NCBI GenBank assembly: GCA_050246755.1
Contig: JBFWVL010000001.1
Coordinates: forward strand, 608,001 to 672,000
Source: Bacteriovoracia bacterium
GTDB taxonomy: Bacteria > Bdellovibrionota > UBA1018 > CAIPTA01
Length of the DNA: 64,000 nucleotides
Direction of reading: 5' to 3'
The position numbers were made by a program, and so were the translations under genes. This document shows, piece after piece, positions 39,949 through 48,283 of this stretch (position 1 is the stretch's first letter; every line of letters starts with the position of its first letter). The notes below the pieces were generated by a model. The model made no database searches. It saw nothing but the letters and a program-made list of their open reading frames with translations, and was not told where the DNA came from.

Positions 39949-42059
39949 ACTGTTCGCACCGCTTCCCGGCTTTCCGGACTAATTTTTACCAGTGCAGGAT
40001 AGCCGTGGCGTCCGTAACCGCCGTAGCCGTAGTGCTGGCTGGGCGGAACTTTATTCAATACGGCATAGAGCTCGCGGCCGTGCGCAGTCCACAGACCTTC
40101 CACCGAATCGTGCAGTACGCGCAGCCGGGTTTCGTTCAGCGCCACGATCACGATCGGGATCTCCGCGGCTTTGGCGATCAGGCTTGAATCCCCCGAAACT
40201 CCGATTGGCGCCGAATCGATCACGATAAAATCGTAGAGCGCGCGGAAATCGTCGAGTAGCTGACTGAAGTCGCGCGAGGCCAAAATGGCGGTCGGATTAG
40301 ATCGGCGGAGGCCCGCCGGTAAAAAATCCAGGCCTTCGGCGACTTTAGCGATACGGGCATTACCGAAATTTTCCCGGTGTCCCACCACTTCGCATAAGCC
40401 TTCTTTGCCTAGCGCATTCTGGTTCTGGCTCAGGGCCGGTGCCCGCAAGTCGGCATCCACCAATAGCACCCGGTTTTCGCAGCTGGCTAGGGCACGGGCG
40501 ATCCGCTCGGAGGTAAACGTCTTGCCTTCGCTCGGTTCAGAGCTGGTTACCGCCACTACCTGGCCGCGACCAGCCCCGGTTCGATCGCGGATTTCCATGA
40601 TACGCGCCGAAATCTGCATGGCCGAAGAATTGATCTTCTGCGCCATCGCCAGCGAAATGGGCCGACGGAGCTGACTCTCCCGCCGCGAGAAAAACCTCCA
40701 GAAACCTCCTTTAACGTGGCCGTAAGGCAAACTGCCAAGCAGCGAAAGGCCTGCTTCCTCGATATCGATCTTAGACGCCGCCAAGGGATTCACCGTCTCC
40801 ACCGCGAAAGCCACGAAACTCGAGAGAATCATGGCCACCACAAAGCTCACCAGCAACTTGGAAGGCAGGCTCTCGCTCGGCTGCACTACTTCGGGACGTG
40901 AAGGCTCGAGAAGATGAAATTTGCTCCGCGCCGAGATCCGGCGCATTTCCATCTGAAAATCGTGCTTCTTTAATTCTTGGTGGAGCGAGGTTTCCAGCTC
41001 TAAGTTCTTTTTTAGCTCCATGAGCTGCTGCTCGGCGTGTTCATCGAAATTCGTCTGTAAGGATCTTAGCTGCCGCTGCAAGCTGGCGTTGCGCGCGCGC
41101 AGGGATTCATCGAACTTACGGAGCGAAGCGAGCTTACGGCGGACGCCGAACTTATAGTCAAAAGGCTCTGCACTGGAGGCGGGGCCCGCCTCGCCGATCC
41201 TATCGATCTCGTTTTTATTTTGGTCGATCTGTAACTGATTTTCCGCGAGGGCCCGTTTCAGCTCTACGGAGCGGATGGTGGCCTCATCGAAGTTTTGGCT
41301 CATCGTGAGCAAGCTCTTTCCTCTTTTGAAATCGGCGATGGCCTGCTCGGTCTTGCGGATAGCTTCCTGAGACTTATTCGCTTGAATCCGGAGATAGACT
41401 TCGGAGTCTTGCAGATCCTGCACCTCGAATTCGATCAGGGCATTCACCGCGGACCGGGCTAAAAGGTTCGTCAGCCGCGACACGATCTCGGCGGAACTCG
41501 ACTGCACGTGAATTGAGAACGCATCGATACCGTCTTTTGAAAATGCGATCATGCTCTGCAGACTTTCCGCCAGCCGATCCACCGGAATATCCTTCACCAC
41601 CCGGCCGAGGTCCGTCTCCGCGTGAGATTGCGAAAAAAAGCTCACCCGCTTCGACGGACCGAAATCCCCGAAGGGCAGCACGCTGAGCTCGGGATCGGCT
41701 TGCACGTCGCGCGCCGCCCGCTCGTAGAAAGCGTGGATCCGTAGCTGGTTGAGGTAACGGTCTACTTCGCGTCCGTCCACGTCGAATCCGGAAAATCCGC
41801 CGAGCCGGGCGGAGAGAGACTGGAGGGGATTATTGATGGCGGCCTGGAGCATCAGCGTTGCTTTGGTGCGATACGAAGGGCTGAGAAAATGCAGTACCGT
41901 GGAAGTACCGGCACAAAAGAAAATCACGACCAAGTAAAGACGAAGATGCCGGCTCACTAGCTGAAGAACTTTTTCGACCGGATTCTGAGCGAGCGAAGAC
42001 GCCGACGATTTTGCCGTCCCGATCGTTCTTCCTGAATGATCCTGGCGCCGATTACTCAC
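39945..42059 (-). CDS. wzc: Wzc-type polysaccharide co-polymerase / tyrosine autokinase
   Basis: Two TMs flanking a coiled coil; Walker A SEGKT, A' VDADLR, B IVIDSAP; C-terminal Tyr cluster YGYGGYGRHGY. Confidence 0.9.
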   Translation of the reverse strand: MSNRRQDHSGRTIGTAKSSASSLAQNPVEKVLQLVSRHLRLYLVVIFFCAGTSTVLHFLSPSYRTKATLMLQAAINNPLQSLSARLGGFSGFDVDGREVDRYLNQLRIHAFYERAARDVQADPELSVLPFGDFGPSKRVSFFSQSHAETDLGRVVKDIPVDRLAESLQSMIAFSKDGIDAFSIHVQSSSAEIVSRLTNLLARSAVNALIEFEVQDLQDSEVYLRIQANKSQEAIRKTEQAIADFKRGKSLLTMSQNFDEATIRSVELKRALAENQLQIDQNKNEIDRIGEAGPASSAEPFDYKFGVRRKLASLRKFDESLRARNASLQRQLRSLQTNFDEHAEQQLMELKKNLELETSLHQELKKHDFQMEMRRISARSKFHLLEPSRPEVVQPSESLPSKLLVSFVVAMILSSFVAFAVETVNPLAASKIDIEEAGLSLLGSLPYGHVKGGFWRFFSRRESQLRRPISLAMAQKINSSAMQISARIMEIRDRTGAGRGQVVAVTSSEPSEGKTFTSERIARALASCENRVLLVDADLRAPALSQNQNALGKEGLCEVVGHRENFGNARIAKVAEGLDFLPAGLRRSNPTAILASRDFSQLLDDFRALYDFIVIDSAPIGVSGDSSLIAKAAEIPIVIVALNETRLRVLHDSVEGLWTAHGRELYAVLNKVPPSQHYGYGGYGRHGYPALVKISPESREAVRTV

Positions 42060-42123
42060 GGGTTGATTCTACTCCTTGAATCAATTTGCTAGCCCATATT
42101 CCAATAGGATAAATTGAATAGAA

Positions 42124-43317
42124 ATGATTGTTAAGCAAAAGTTGCGTACACGCCCGCCCGGTGGGCCGGCCCAAACCATCATCCTCGCGGCGAATACCGC
42201 CTGGTACCTTGCGAATTTTCGCCTTAATCTCGCGCGTGCGCTCCGGGCCGCCGGTTACCGCGTATTGCTCATTGCCCCTCGCGATGAGTTCGCGGAAAAA
42301 TTATCCGCCGAAGGCTTCGAGTACGTGGGCTGGAACCTATCCCGCACCGGTCTCGGAGTGCGTGAAACAGCACGCGCTTTCTGGAGCCTCTATATCGTGT
42401 ACCGGCGGGAGCGCCCAATCGCGGTGCATCACTTCACGCTAAAATGTATTTTACTCGGGAGCGCGGCGGCGGCGCTGGCCCGGGTGCCAAATGTCTTCCA
42501 TTCGGTCACGGGGCTTGGGCATCTTTTCATTCATAGATCTTTGCGCATTCGTTCTCTTCGCTCCATCACGGTTTTGCTCCTGCGTGTATTTTTTTTCTTC
42601 ACGAAACCACGGATGATTTTTCAAAATCACCAAGACTGCGCCCGCTTCCGCTCCCTACGCCTCGCTCCTCCCGCACGCAGCCACCTTATTCCTACTTCCG
42701 GCATCGATGTCGCCTTCTACCGTCGCGAAGCGCCGCCCAGAATTCCCTCCGGCGAACGGCCGATCGTGCTCTACGCGGGCCGCATATTGGCGGAAAAAGG
42801 AGTGAGGGAATTCGTGGCCGCCGCCTCGCGGCTTCGCGCCGAAGGAATAGAGGCGCGCTTTCTGCTCGCAGGCGCGACGGACGCCGGCAACCCTTCTTCC
42901 ATCGCCCCCTCGCAACTCGCCAGCTGGAAACGAGACGGAAACGTAGAATTGCTGGGCCATGTTTCCGATCTGCGCCCGCTCATGGCCGAGTCCGCCGTGT
43001 TCGTATTACCCTCCTATCGCGAGGGCGGATCCCGCGTAATCCTCGAGGCGGCCGCGATGGAACTGCCGATAATCACCACCGACGTGCCGGGTTGCGAGAA
43101 TCTCGTCGATCACGGAAAAACCGGCTTAGTGGTACCCGTTCGCGATGCCGCCAGCCTCGCCGGAGCGATTCGCGATCTGATTGCCAACCGGGAAACTGCG
43201 GCTCGCATGGGCGCCGCCGGGCGGGCAAAGGTAATCCGCGAATTCTCCGATGAGATAGTCGTCCGCGCCACGCTCAGTGCCTATTCCTCGGCCGGCATCT
43301 CCGGCTCTTGCCTCTGA
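42124..43317 (+). CDS. Glycosyltransferase family 4 (CapM-like)
   Basis: NFRLNL, HHFTLK, TGLG, FQN, SGID, GRILAEKG, LPSYREG and TDVPGC. Confidence 0.93.
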   Translation: MIVKQKLRTRPPGGPAQTIILAANTAWYLANFRLNLARALRAAGYRVLLIAPRDEFAEKLSAEGFEYVGWNLSRTGLGVRETARAFWSLYIVYRRERPIAVHHFTLKCILLGSAAAALARVPNVFHSVTGLGHLFIHRSLRIRSLRSITVLLLRVFFFFTKPRMIFQNHQDCARFRSLRLAPPARSHLIPTSGIDVAFYRREAPPRIPSGERPIVLYAGRILAEKGVREFVAAASRLRAEGIEARFLLAGATDAGNPSSIAPSQLASWKRDGNVELLGHVSDLRPLMAESAVFVLPSYREGGSRVILEAAAMELPIITTDVPGCENLVDHGKTGLVVPVRDAASLAGAIRDLIANRETAARMGAAGRAKVIREFSDEIVVRATLSAYSSAGISGSCL

Positions 43318-44570
43318 GCTAAGTAAGCCAGCAGCAGCAATAGCAGCGGAAGCACCTGCAGACGGAAACGAAAAGCCGAGCCGAGATTTTGGTAAGACAC
43401 GTAGCTATAGATAAAGCTCCACGAAAAAAGCAGGCTAATCGCCCACACCGCCGCCGGGTCGAAAAGCCGTCGCCAGGTGAAACGGCGGATCGAAAGATAA
43501 ATCAGGAATAGCAGGAATAAATTCTCGATTCCGGCCAGCGTCCCAAAGAGGTTGCGCACTTCTCCTGGTAAAGGACGCAGAAGCGCCGTGAACATTCCCG
43601 CCGGCGCAAACGCGATCATTTCCCCGATTGACTGGAACTCCGGAACCTCTTGCCGCGAGCCACCGACGCTCCAAGAGCGCGAGATAATATTAGTTTTCCG
43701 CACCAAATCATCCACGCTCTTAAAAGTGAAGTGCTCCACGAAAATCTGTGCTGAAAGAAATAGCAGCGCCACGGAAAATAGCGCGTACCCGACCCGGTAG
43801 AAGGCGCCGCGCACGTAAAAGAACCCGAGTGGCAGCATGGGCAGAGCGAGGATGAAGGCCGTCCAGGGGCGAATGCTCGAGGCTAACACCGCCCCCGCGA
43901 ACGCGGGAAGAATCCAAATGAGGTTTCTGGTGGCCATCCAGTAGAGAACTCCCGCGGCGTAAACCGATATACCGAGCAGCATAATCGGATCTTTTCCTAA
44001 AATCGAAGACCAAAAGACGACCGAAGGGAACGCACCTAAAAAAAGCAATAACCGAGGATTCCTCCGCCCCGAATACCGAATCGCCGCCGAATAAATTAAA
44101 TATATCGATAATAGACCGATCAACGAAAAAATAACTTTTAGCGCGTGGTAGGAATTCGAGCTCGGCAGCCACTTATTAATATACCAAATTAGCCAGCCGA
44201 TATTGCCGGTGCCTTTTCCGAATCCCGTGAGGCTGGTATCGAAATTAATTTCTTTCGCTTCGAGGTAGTAGGTATAGGCATCGAGACCGTAGTTATTTTC
44301 GTATAGCAGCATGAAGCCCAAGGTAGTGAGGCAGCGGAGGATCCAGAGCACCGCCAAAATCCGACGGTCCTCTCGAGACAACGGCGAGATCCAGAGCGCC
44401 AGTCCGATGCCGAACGCCAGCACCAGCGCGGTGGCATAGTCTGTGGCTACGTTTGCCGAAGGAATGAAGTGCCCCCACTCCGTGACGCAGGCGAGAAACA
44501 CGCAGGCCGCAATACCCCCCAATATTCCCATCACGGCGCCGGTACTTGTTTGTGAGAAAAACCTACTCAT
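43281..44570 (-). CDS. Multi-TM protein, probable Wzy-type polymerase
   Basis: About 11 hydrophobic segments with DAYTY, WSSILGKD, LRPLPGE and NLGSAFRFR; ATG 44570 overlaps the upstream stop. Confidence 0.72.
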   Translation of the reverse strand: MSRFFSQTSTGAVMGILGGIAACVFLACVTEWGHFIPSANVATDYATALVLAFGIGLALWISPLSREDRRILAVLWILRCLTTLGFMLLYENNYGLDAYTYYLEAKEINFDTSLTGFGKGTGNIGWLIWYINKWLPSSNSYHALKVIFSLIGLLSIYLIYSAAIRYSGRRNPRLLLFLGAFPSVVFWSSILGKDPIMLLGISVYAAGVLYWMATRNLIWILPAFAGAVLASSIRPWTAFILALPMLPLGFFYVRGAFYRVGYALFSVALLFLSAQIFVEHFTFKSVDDLVRKTNIISRSWSVGGSRQEVPEFQSIGEMIAFAPAGMFTALLRPLPGEVRNLFGTLAGIENLFLLFLIYLSIRRFTWRRLFDPAAVWAISLLFSWSFIYSYVSYQNLGSAFRFRLQVLPLLLLLLAYLAQRQEPEMPAEE

Positions 44571-46102
44571 ACCGCAGTTTGATTTGTATTCGCACCGTGG
44601 GCGTCGGCGTGGGCCAGCTGGAAGAGATAATTTGACTCCGTGCCAGCTTCTCCTTCCGCGAGCACTTCTTGCACTTCCCAATCTACATTGAGGTAGCTAT
44701 TCGAATATTGAAGCGCAAATAAATTTTGAAAGTCCTGGAGTTTTCCCATGAGCAAAGCCTTCGTAGCGATGCGTTCTCTGGCATGCACTCGGCCCTCGAA
44801 AAAAATATGCATCTCGGAATTCTTTATGAAGTAGTTATCACCTTTCGTCAAAATCGATTCGACAACCAAGTTGAGACTGCGCATGATCTCAACGATCCTT
44901 CCCTTTTCCTCCCATAATCCGCACTGAAAGAGCGGCTCGAGGTTCACCTTCGCCACCAAGCAGGGTTGAAAGCCGAGCTTCAGGGATGCTGGTCGCGAGG
45001 AGTTGTCGCCAAAAGAAGCCGCCAAACTCCCAGTACGGCTCATCTCGAGCAGCTTCAAAAAATAAACCGGCACGCAGATTCCCGCCGCCACGATCACCAA
45101 CAGCAGCGTCACGGCGATGGGAAGAGAGAAACCTACACGGAAGCTCTCGCTGCGCGCCAACTCGATCACGAGGAAAGCGCTCGTCTGCAGGTAGAGCGTA
45201 AGCCCTAAAATAAGCGTCACCACCCGCGCCGGGGGTAGATTCATCCGCAGCAAGCGGTGGTGCAAATGGCCACGGTCGGCTTTAAAGATTGGATTTCTCG
45301 AGCGCAGCCGCCGTAAAGTGCATAAGCCCATGTCGAGGATCGGGTAGCCAAGCATCATCAGAAGCCCAAAAACCTCCGAGAAAGAGGCCGTAGACACCGG
45401 CCCCGCCAATGAAGTAAGTCCGATGAGAAAGCCAATCGGCAAACTGCCGTTATCGCCAAAAAAGACGGAAGCCGGGCTCCAGTTCTTCGCGAGGAATGCT
45501 AATACCGCGGGCAGCAGCAGGGCGCTCACAAGCAGGCTCAAGATTCCCTGATTCGCCCCGACCGCCAAAATCGCAATACTCGCCAGAATGAAGGCCGAGA
45601 TCCCGCCGGCCAGGCCGTCGAGCCCGTCCACCAGATTCATCGCGTTGCTTACGCCCACCAACCAGACACCCGCGAGAGGCCAGGCAAGCCAGCCAATTCT
45701 CGCCTGCCAGCCCAGACAGAATTCTCTTATTTCCGGCACCGCCGCGATCACCACCGCCGCCACGAGGAACTCTACCGGCAATTTCACTCGCGGCGAGAGG
45801 CCGCGCAAATCGTCGTAAAGGCCAAGCGCGCATAGCACGCCCGCGCCTCCCGCGATCCACGAAAAAGACCAAGCGAGGTTGGTCCACAGCTGAGGGTGTA
45901 GAGAAAAATAAATGGCGCAGGATAGATACCAGGCGGCCATCACCGAGATCCCGCCCACCATCGGCATCGGATGCAGGTGACGCCGGCGCGAGCTCGGGTG
46001 GTCCACCCAGCCCACCTTCTTAGCGAAGGGAATACTCGCTCGCAAAATGGCGTGCGCCAAAAGAAATGACAGAAAAGGAAACCACAAATCGCGAATGTTC
46101 AT
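44567..46102 (-). CDS. wecA: MraY/WecA-family undecaprenyl-phosphate HexNAc-1-P transferase with C-terminal extension
   Basis: GLYDD, NAMNLVDGLDGL, FFGDNGS and DRGHLHHRL; GAGG RBS. Confidence 0.88.
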   Translation of the reverse strand: MNIRDLWFPFLSFLLAHAILRASIPFAKKVGWVDHPSSRRRHLHPMPMVGGISVMAAWYLSCAIYFSLHPQLWTNLAWSFSWIAGGAGVLCALGLYDDLRGLSPRVKLPVEFLVAAVVIAAVPEIREFCLGWQARIGWLAWPLAGVWLVGVSNAMNLVDGLDGLAGGISAFILASIAILAVGANQGILSLLVSALLLPAVLAFLAKNWSPASVFFGDNGSLPIGFLIGLTSLAGPVSTASFSEVFGLLMMLGYPILDMGLCTLRRLRSRNPIFKADRGHLHHRLLRMNLPPARVVTLILGLTLYLQTSAFLVIELARSESFRVGFSLPIAVTLLLVIVAAGICVPVYFLKLLEMSRTGSLAASFGDNSSRPASLKLGFQPCLVAKVNLEPLFQCGLWEEKGRIVEIMRSLNLVVESILTKGDNYFIKNSEMHIFFEGRVHARERIATKALLMGKLQDFQNLFALQYSNSYLNVDWEVQEVLAEGEAGTESNYLFQLAHADAHGANTNQTAV

Positions 46103-46151
46103 CCATGAACCTCGTTAAGCTTCATCCTGAAGCGAAAACATTTAAAAAACT

Positions 46152-46658
46152 TTAGAGCTCCTTCTTAATCAAAATTCCCGTTAGTGCCGCCGTCAGCAAG
46201 GTGGCCACCACGGTAATCGTAAGCATCGTATTATTGGAGACCGCCGGCTTTTCGGTGGGAATAAATACGGTATCTTCCCCTCTCAGAATCGGCGATTTCC
46301 CGCTGCTAGCTAGAAGATCGTGAAAATCTACCTTGTCAATCCTGCCCGCACGCTCGTTCTTGATCGTGATATCGTCCATCGCGGAGTTATCGCCGGTTCC
46401 GCCGGCGATCGAGAGCAAGGTAGTTAGGCTCGTATTCTGCGGCACGTGGTAGATTCCGGGGCGGTGCACATTCCCCAGCAAAAAAACCGGCATGAGCTTT
46501 TGCTCGAGCTCATCGCCATAAATATATTCGGAAAGCTGCTGAATATTCTGCTTTTCCCGCTCGAAGGTTCCGGCCCTTTCCGCCGCCACGGCGCTGCGAG
46601 AGAACGAAAGAATGAGGATCCACACGAACGCTTCTCTGCTTTGTTTCCACACAGTCAT
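46152..46658 (-). CDS. SLBB-domain polysaccharide export protein (short Wza-like)
   Basis: VFLLGNVHRPGIY, LSIAGG, LRGEDTVFIP and a C-terminal hydrophobic helix. Confidence 0.8.
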   Translation of the reverse strand: MTVWKQSREAFVWILILSFSRSAVAAERAGTFEREKQNIQQLSEYIYGDELEQKLMPVFLLGNVHRPGIYHVPQNTSLTTLLSIAGGTGDNSAMDDITIKNERAGRIDKVDFHDLLASSGKSPILRGEDTVFIPTEKPAVSNNTMLTITVVATLLTAALTGILIKKEL

Positions 46659-46698
46659 GCCTAAATAATACCAGCTATTGGCGAGGGGTCGAAAAAAT

Positions 46699-46714
46699 AA
46701 TTGTGCAATTGTTG
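46699..46714. promoter_or_regulatory. Degenerate box AATTG-tgcaat-TGTTG upstream of the wza-like/wecA/wzy unit
   Basis: Second half-site and spacer pattern conserved; shares gcaattgttg with 48160-48169. Confidence 0.45.
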
Positions 46715-46726
46715 CGATCGCTTGGC

Positions 46727-47614
46727 TCACGCCACCGGATGCGATGAGAATTCACAAATGATTTCGGTCTTGCAATCCGTCAACACGGTGCCCGCATGGA
46801 TTGGCAACCCGGTATCCGCCAAATAAATCATTGCGCCCTTCGATTCCAAGTAACCCACTAAAGCTGCAGCCGAAGATCCATGTTCACGTAAATTCTGGTC
46901 GGAAAGCTCGAGGAAAATTTTGGGACGGAAACGATCGATCGTCTGTGCTGCCCCTTGGAGAACCTGTAGCTCGAAACCCTCCACGTCGATCTTGATCGCG
47001 TCCACATTTTCGATTTTCGATTCCTCTATGTAATCGTCCATACGCACCACCGGCACTTGGGTATAGTCTTTTCCGGCCGGACTTTCCGGCAGAATCCGGT
47101 TCATGCCTGGGTTGCGCTCACATACGCGATAAAGATTTAGCCGCGCGTTTCTGGCACCGAGGGCGCATGGTTCGAGCACCACATTCGCCAGACCGTTGAT
47201 CTCTACGTTTTTCTTGCAACGGGCAAAGTTCATCCCGTCGGGCTCAAATCCAATCACCCGTCCTCCGCTCCCCACCGCCCGCGCGAAACGCATCACAGTA
47301 GATCCAATATTGGCCCCCACGTCGAGCACCGTGCCATCGCGCCTCACCATGGAGAAATATTTGTCCTGCTCTTTCTCTCGGAGCTCAAAGTACACCGCCC
47401 AATCCACGAGGTCGGAAATATCGAGCTCGAACTCCAGGCCAAATCGCGAAACCCGGCGCCAGCTCGGCTTAGGATATTGGTAATGATTCGGAATCACCTT
47501 CGTCCACCGCGATTCCAGCGGCGCGCCCTGCACGAAACGAAGTAATATCTTTTCGGTCGCGGGAAAAATAAATATCCGGCGCAACTGATTAAGAACGGTC
47601 GTTTTTATTTTCAC
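46727..47614 (-). CDS. FkbM-family methyltransferase
   Basis: LDVGANIG, GFEP and KIDVEGFE; clear paralog of the Wzx-fused domain (shared PNHYQYP). Confidence 0.92.
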   Translation of the reverse strand: MKIKTTVLNQLRRIFIFPATEKILLRFVQGAPLESRWTKVIPNHYQYPKPSWRRVSRFGLEFELDISDLVDWAVYFELREKEQDKYFSMVRRDGTVLDVGANIGSTVMRFARAVGSGGRVIGFEPDGMNFARCKKNVEINGLANVVLEPCALGARNARLNLYRVCERNPGMNRILPESPAGKDYTQVPVVRMDDYIEESKIENVDAIKIDVEGFELQVLQGAAQTIDRFRPKIFLELSDQNLREHGSSAAALVGYLESKGAMIYLADTGLPIHAGTVLTDCKTEIICEFSSHPVA

Positions 47615-48147
47615 TTTATTTCCACGCTAACGATTCCGGCCTTCGCCGCGAGTTTGATCGCCGCCAAAGCAACCGTCTCGCTCAGCGAGGATTCCTGCAG
47701 CTGAAACTCTACGGCGGCTCCGTCCTTATTCTCGTGCAGCCATGCTTCCCCGCTAAACGTTTGACCTAACGGCGATTTGGCCCTCACCTTCCATGGCCCA
47801 GCCGGCCGGCTCCGTCTTCCTCTCACCCATACCTCTACCGATTTTTCCTCCGGCAACAAGGCCGTGAGGAAACTGGATTTCGTGTCCAGGCGAAAATACA
47901 CTTCATCCGCACCGGTACTTTTTTCCGTAATCTTAAAAAACTCTTCCAGCCTGGAAGACGATTTCCCCTTACCCACCGCTTGCGGGACTCCCGGGGTGAA
48001 CAGCGCGGCCACGATCTCCGAAGGCGCGGCATAAACTTGACGCGACACTACGGGAACTTTCAGGTCGGCGGCGCCGGCCGGCCCAAACTTGAGCAGGAGA
48101 AAAATAAATGAAAAGGACCACGGAAGTCGCGTCGTAATGGTGATCAT
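47611..48147 (-). CDS. Exported hypothetical protein
   Basis: Signal-like N-terminus; 4-nt overlap with the FkbM gene. Confidence 0.65.
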   Translation of the reverse strand: MITITTRLPWSFSFIFLLLKFGPAGAADLKVPVVSRQVYAAPSEIVAALFTPGVPQAVGKGKSSSRLEEFFKITEKSTGADEVYFRLDTKSSFLTALLPEEKSVEVWVRGRRSRPAGPWKVRAKSPLGQTFSGEAWLHENKDGAAVEFQLQESSLSETVALAAIKLAAKAGIVSVEIK

Positions 48148-48153
48148 TACAAT

Positions 48154-48169
48154 AGTTTAGCAATTGTTG
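48154..48169. promoter_or_regulatory. Degenerate box AGTTT-agcaat-TGTTG upstream of the first gene of the polysaccharide locus
   Basis: Same period and spacer pattern as the other boxes. Confidence 0.45.
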
Positions 48170-48283
48170 TGCATGCAGCAGTAATAAAATAATGCGACGG
48201 CAGGATACTCTAGCTACACACGGCGGCAGGTAGCGCGAAGGCCGGACTTAGTCGTCGCAAAAATTATCTTTCGCTTTTAAACA

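Noticed and set aside
48159-48174. Sigma-54-like ATGCACAACAATTGCT on the minus strand
   Set aside because: It lacks the invariant GG at -24 and is better explained by the direct-repeat box, though not fully excluded.
48221-48238. ops/JUMPstart-like ggcaggtagcgcg near the polysaccharide locus
   Set aside because: Imperfect match, on the strand opposite to the operon.
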